A DNA stretch of 64,000 bases from Candidatus Omnitrophota bacterium (GTDB lineage: Bacteria; Omnitrophota; Omnitrophia; Omnitrophales; Aquincolibacteriaceae), in assembly GCA_043732705.1 (NCBI GenBank), contig JAYTHE010000003.1:10352-74351 (forward strand), in the 5' to 3' direction. A program made the position numbers and the translations under genes. Shown in pieces: positions 40,901 to 46,900 of this stretch (the first letter of the stretch is position 1; every line of letters begins with the position of its first letter). Under the pieces are notes generated by a model. It made no database searches. It was not told where the DNA came from and saw nothing but the letters and a program-made list of their open reading frames with translations.

Positions 40901-43900
40901 ATTACGCATTAATACACTCAGGTCGGAAACATTTTGCTTATGATCCAAACTTGCTCTTAATACCATTTTTTCAAAACTCCATTCATCCTCCGCAGGCGCC
41001 ACAACGCGAAACCCTAGTTTTTTAAAAACCCTGGCAATCAATTTCATGCGCAAATGATTACCCACTTTCGCACCCCCTTCAAAATAAACAAACTCTGAAT
41101 TACCTCCCATCTCGAGCGGAACTAAATTGGCATAAGCTTGCATTCGATGAACCCCGAGAGTTTTTCGCATCCAAAAATTTGTTCCCTTAAGGAGAATGCT
41201 TAAGTCGTTTGACTGTGTCACGCCGGGACTTTTCAAATTTTTCAATATCGCTTCCGGTAAAATCTTTGTCGCTAATGAAGGTTCGCCGGTGGCAACATGA
41301 TCAAGGTCTAAAAAGCTCCATTTTCCATCATGATTGATTTTGAGAACAGAATGCTCAACATAAGAATGCATCCAATTAATGAATTTATTGAGTGTGTCCA
41401 CTTTGCTTAACCCCTTTTCGGACTCAGCAGCGGTCCAAATACCACGCATACGGTCAAAGAAAACCGTGATGCTGCCGCCTCTTCCGGAGCGGACTAACTG
41501 ATATTGCGCCTCTAAGTCAGTCCATCGCTCCCTGACTCCGACAAGATCGGCTGAAGTCATCCCTTCGAAGCTTAAGAATATTTTCACGAGCATATCAAAG
41601 TTGCGCATAAACTCATCCGCTTCCGCTTGCTTCCAGCGCGAGACCGAAGCAAGCTTGATCAAAACCTCATTATGATATTTACGAAATTGATCCAAGCGAT
41701 CCGCATTATGGGTTAATTTTTGAAATTCGCCCTTGAATTGAATGGGATAATTCGCAGGCAAAATATCTTTAACTTCAATTTCATTATCCTCATGGACATG
41801 CTCAGACCCCAGTACCAAACGCAGCTTTTCCGAGGCTGCGGAATGGATGACAAGCGATATATCAGCAGAAAAATTTGCCAAAACCTTAGGGAAATCACGG
41901 CTTTCCGAACGCATGCTGGCTTTTGGATTTTGCGGCGCCGAGCGCGCTTCGGAACGTGGGGTCGGAGCTGTAGTTTCAAAGAGTGGGTTTGAAAGCTTGC
42001 TCATCTCCACCGTAGTATTTCGCAGCATTTGTTCGAAATGCTGCCGCTTAACATCAGAAGACACATCTTTCGCCAAGCGCGCGGTTAATTGCCGTTCTAA
42101 CTCTTTCGTTGTTTTAAAAAGTGTCCACCGTAGAAATGTTTTTCCATCCGTCAATTTTTCAAAAAGGGGTATTTGCTCGCGCAGCGAGGCTTCCAACTTT
42201 TCCCAGGCAATTTTTTGTTTTTGTTTTTCTTCTATCGCTTCTGTCGGAACAGTCCCGGAAGACAACTCGCCTCCAAGTGCAGCGATTTGAGCAATGGCTT
42301 TTTGGCGCAATTTTTCCAATCCAACCAGAGTAAGATCTTGAATCACATCAGGGTGAGGATCTTTTTTATCAGGAAAACCCCAAAGCTTCAGTCCGGTTAC
42401 ATACCCCTTTTCATCGCGTAAATTATAAGTGAGAATAATTCCAAGATCTTCATAACCGGGCGACATTTCTCCGTCAATATTTAAAATTCCCGAACCAAAT
42501 GAGGGAAAAAGCACAAAAGGCGACATCTGCTTATTAGGAAATTTGCTTTGTTCATTATGTCCCATAATAATAAAACCGTTGGGAGACCGATCCACAAATG
42601 AGCCGGCGGTGTGCCCCATCAACCATCCTATTTGGCCATGATCAGCAAATTTTTTTACCATATCCACTTTGGCATGCAGCAATTTATCGGAGTACCAACT
42701 CGTAATCTCTTCAAAAGCAGGCCCCAAAACATTCCAAAGGGCCCTCCTAAAAGCCATCCGTTCTGACTTACTGCCTGTAATATATTTTTCAATATCTGCA
42801 TCGCTGAGACCTTCAAAGTAGGTGCGAATATCACGTGTCATCAGTTCCAACGCCGCCAACCCTGTTTGCCCTCGGTACTTAACATTAAATTGACCCTGTT
42901 CATCAATCGGGATCATGTTATGTAAATGCAAATTGTTATAAATATCCAGATAGAAAAGACGGAAATTCCGAAGCTGATTGATCGCGCTATAAACAATCTC
43001 ACGGTCGGTGTCATAGTTCCCCAAGGTCAGCGGGGTAAAATTCTCAAAGCCGGGAAGATCGGCATATGTTTCGCGCAAAGTAACAATTTGTCGTTGATAG
43101 GCATCCATTTTTCCGCGAATCATTTTCGAAGTTTCTTCAAAAATATTTATATTGGGTAAATATGCCGGCTTAGGAATAGGATTGGGCGCACGCTTAGCAA
43201 GCAAAGCGGCTTCTTTTTCAGCGGCCATGGCGCCTTGCCATTTTTGGCGCAATTTTGAATTATGCGCCTTGATTCGTTTTAACTCCGGTTTTAAATCTTG
43301 CCGCACTTTAGCTAAGTCAATAAATTCAAAGCTTTCTGCCGCGCCAAAAGTCCTTAGCCGCTGATTAATATCTTTAACTATTTTATTAAAACGCCTTTGA
43401 TTCAATTGATCCAACTCAACGTCTCCCCAGTCAGCATGGTGGAAGGCTTCACGCAGCCAAAACCCAACATGATGTCCTGTGTGTTCCTCGGAATATAAAT
43501 CAATATCCGGGAATAATTTATGGATGCCAAGCGCACTCAACGCACGGTACTCATCATGATTGCCAAGCAAAAATCTTGCGATTGAGGTATGCACCATTTC
43601 GTCGATCAGCTCAATCGATCCCACAGGATCAGGGCCACGATCAGGCGCATCGCTAAAACCAATAATTCGCCCGAGAAATTTTTCGAGCGATAATCCTTTT
43701 TCATCCAGCTGTTCTTTTAAATCATTCAATATGTGGATGCGGGCGTAGCTATCCGCCGGGAGCCCATAAACAAAAGCAAGCAAGGCTAACGCCCGCCTTG
43801 TGCCTCCATGCAAATCCTGCATCGCGGCAACAACTGGAATATTTCCGCGACCGGGCTTGCCATCTTTTTCTAAGCCATCCAGCTCTTTTGTAATTTCATC

Positions 43901-46900
43901 CGCTAATCCCCGCAGTTCAAGAATGTTTTTTTCTGTGGGGTCCAAATCAAAAATCAGGTCGCCGGCTGTTCGAATAAATTGATTATGAAGAATCGTATAA
44001 CGATGCTCTAAGTCGGCCATTTTTGAACTGATTTTCTGGAAAAAGGCGGGCGATAAAGGCTCATGAGAAGCTCGTTCCTCCGGGCTAAGCGCGTCTATCC
44101 AACCATCGATGAATTGCACTACCGGCCCGGCAATATCTTGAAATACCACACGTACATATTTTGCACGCTCCTCGATTGAGACTTGCTCCAAACCGTATTG
44201 GTGATAAATCTTTCTCGCTTGAATTTCCCGCCGGGTTTGAAAAGGGTCTGTAGTGTCTTCCTTCAATGAGTCCGCGCCATGCTCACGATTCCACGATTGA
44301 ATCTCCGCGATCGCGTCATCGACACGTAATTCGGAACGCTTGGTGGCTTCAATGATGAAATGGTCGCCCGCGCCCGTAAGGGTGACATGCTCATTTTCCA
44401 GACGTTTTTTCACATCCTCGAGCAATTCCAATTCTTGCCCGGGATTTAAATTCTTTGTTGAAACGGTTGTAATTCGATTTTCTGATCGCGAGGGAATGGC
44501 TTTTTCGTTTCGAACTTCCGCGCGAAAAGACCGCGCTTCTTCCGGATTGATAAATCCTTTGGGGATTAGCCGTCGTGAGCGCACATCAAATTCATAATTG
44601 CGCAGCTTTGGCTGAACCTTGCTTTCTCTGTATTCATAAGCCGCAACCACCTGTTTCAAAGCATCTGAGATTTGCAACCCCGGAAGCAAGCCTTCCTCCG
44701 CCAATCTTAAAACAACCGACAGATTGTAATATCCCTTCAAATTGAACCAAACAGGTTGCCCTTTTTGGTCCGTAATGCCTTGCACAGTAATCCGTTTTGG
44801 TTTTTTTGGATTATCGAATTGAATAGCAATGGCGGCTCCGTTTTGTATGCTCGAATCAACTATTAACGTCGGAATCGCTTTTAATCTTGCATTGGCTTGT
44901 CTTGAGCGAGACCAGCGGTGACCGTCGTAATACTCGACTTTAAGCGGCGAGGCAGAACGAAATTTAAAACCGGCATCATCATGATTCACTTCGACTGTCT
45001 CGTCCTCTCCATAATTTGCTGTCACTTTTTTGTCAACCTGCTCATCAAAAGCTCGAAATTCTCCCGAAGCCTCTGCAAGACGCAGCTGATAGCCTTTCCG
45101 CAAAGGCTTTCCTGCTTCATCTGTTATTTTAATTCGAATTTTTTCGCCTTCTTTTTCAGTTTTTAAATATGTATCAAAATATTCCAAAATAAAATAAAGC
45201 TCGGGATTTTTCTTGTAACGCAGCATCACCCAGCGCGGCTGAGTTGCACGATCAACTATCATTTCAAAATCTTGCGGATGCTTCATGTAATATCCGGGTA
45301 AATAAAGCCTTCCCAAAAACTGAACATATCCATCACGTTTGGAATCTGATATTTTTCTAATTAATTTACGGTTCACTCGGCTCAGCGCGTCTAAATGCTC
45401 TTTTATTTTTTGGTGACGGCCAATCCCAGCGGCAAGAGGAATTCCAAAAAGGTCATCATAAAATGCTCGGAAGGCCGGCTGAAAATAAAGTGGCGTGTTT
45501 TGCTTCATTTTCCCATCTGGATTATAAATGTTCATTTTGCTTACGATCGCAGGCAAGTCTTTTGGTTTATAACGAAAATAAAACAAATTCTTTTTTTGAT
45601 CGATGTTGATTGAAAAAAATTTCGTCGGGTCATCCAGGCTCACCAGACGAACTTCTGTCTGACTGGAAATGGTCTCATTTCGAGCGCCTAATTCGAGTCG
45701 CAGTTTAGCGTGTAGGGCGCGCGGCAAAACAAAATGCGCTTTTTGTAGCAATGTAATTTCTCGAGAAATCACATTGTTTTTTGCTATGCCACGCGTTTCG
45801 GAGCGGGCCGACGATGGAAGGTCCTCGGCATAGTGGATTGCAGTACGCGGCAAATACACTTCGCCGGATGTAAACTCAGCCTTCACGGCAAACGTGGTGC
45901 CGCCAACCGAGGGCAGAAGAACATAAACATCATCGCCTGCCAAAATAAATTTATCGAGATCGAGCGTGCCCCCAATTTCAAAAAACCTTCCGTTGCTTAC
46001 CCTTACGCTTCCCAAATCACTCCTCTTTTTTTTCCGCCCCGCAACAACACGAACAGGGTCATTCTCCGTCAAAAGCTTTAAATCCTTTAAGCTAACGCCT
46101 CGGGACAAAGCCATGGCAATAATGTCACGCAAGCGCACGGCGCGTACCGAATCAGAAACTTGAAAACGCAATGCCGGCATCTTGTTCAGTTCTGTTTTTT
46201 CTAATGAACCCGCTTGCCTTGCCTTTAAGTACCGGAAATACGAGTTCCAACTATGGTATGGCCAAACTCCATCTCGTTTTGCTTTCCAAAATTGACGCGG
46301 AAAATAAAAAATAATTGCTGCCGTTAAAACCAACCAGGTAAATATCGCGCTTATGAATCCACTGACCGAGGCGAGCTTTTTATTTAATAATTCCACCCGA
46401 GGCATTCTTGCTATCAACGAAGCGCCAAACCCAGGCGCTTGGGGCTGCCCCGCTTCTTTTAAATCCCGCATTTCAGAGCGAACTTGATTGAGTGGCGCAA
46501 GCTGCGCGTTGTTAAAACGCATACGAAGTTCCGAGCGCCCTTTAAATATTCCGGCACTCGTGGCAAGCGCGGCTGTGACGTGGGAGTCATTGGAAACCAT
46601 CGAGGTCAGTCCACGCTGCTTGGTTCGACTTTGCTCACCACGAGTCGCATCAAGCCTGCCGGCAGGCAGGCTTGGGACAGACCCCTCTCCCAGCAAAGCA
46701 CGGCGGTAATGCGCGCGATCATCCTCGGTGATTTTTGAGATGCGCGGCATCACTTCAACATACGCGTATTGATTTTTTTGCGCAAACTCACGCATACCAT
46801 CGCTGTGAAAACCACCCGTGACAATAACCTCTATACGCCTCTGGCGTGGGCCGTGGCTCGTGGCAAAAGATTCGCTGAAATAATTGTTTAAGTTCTTGGT

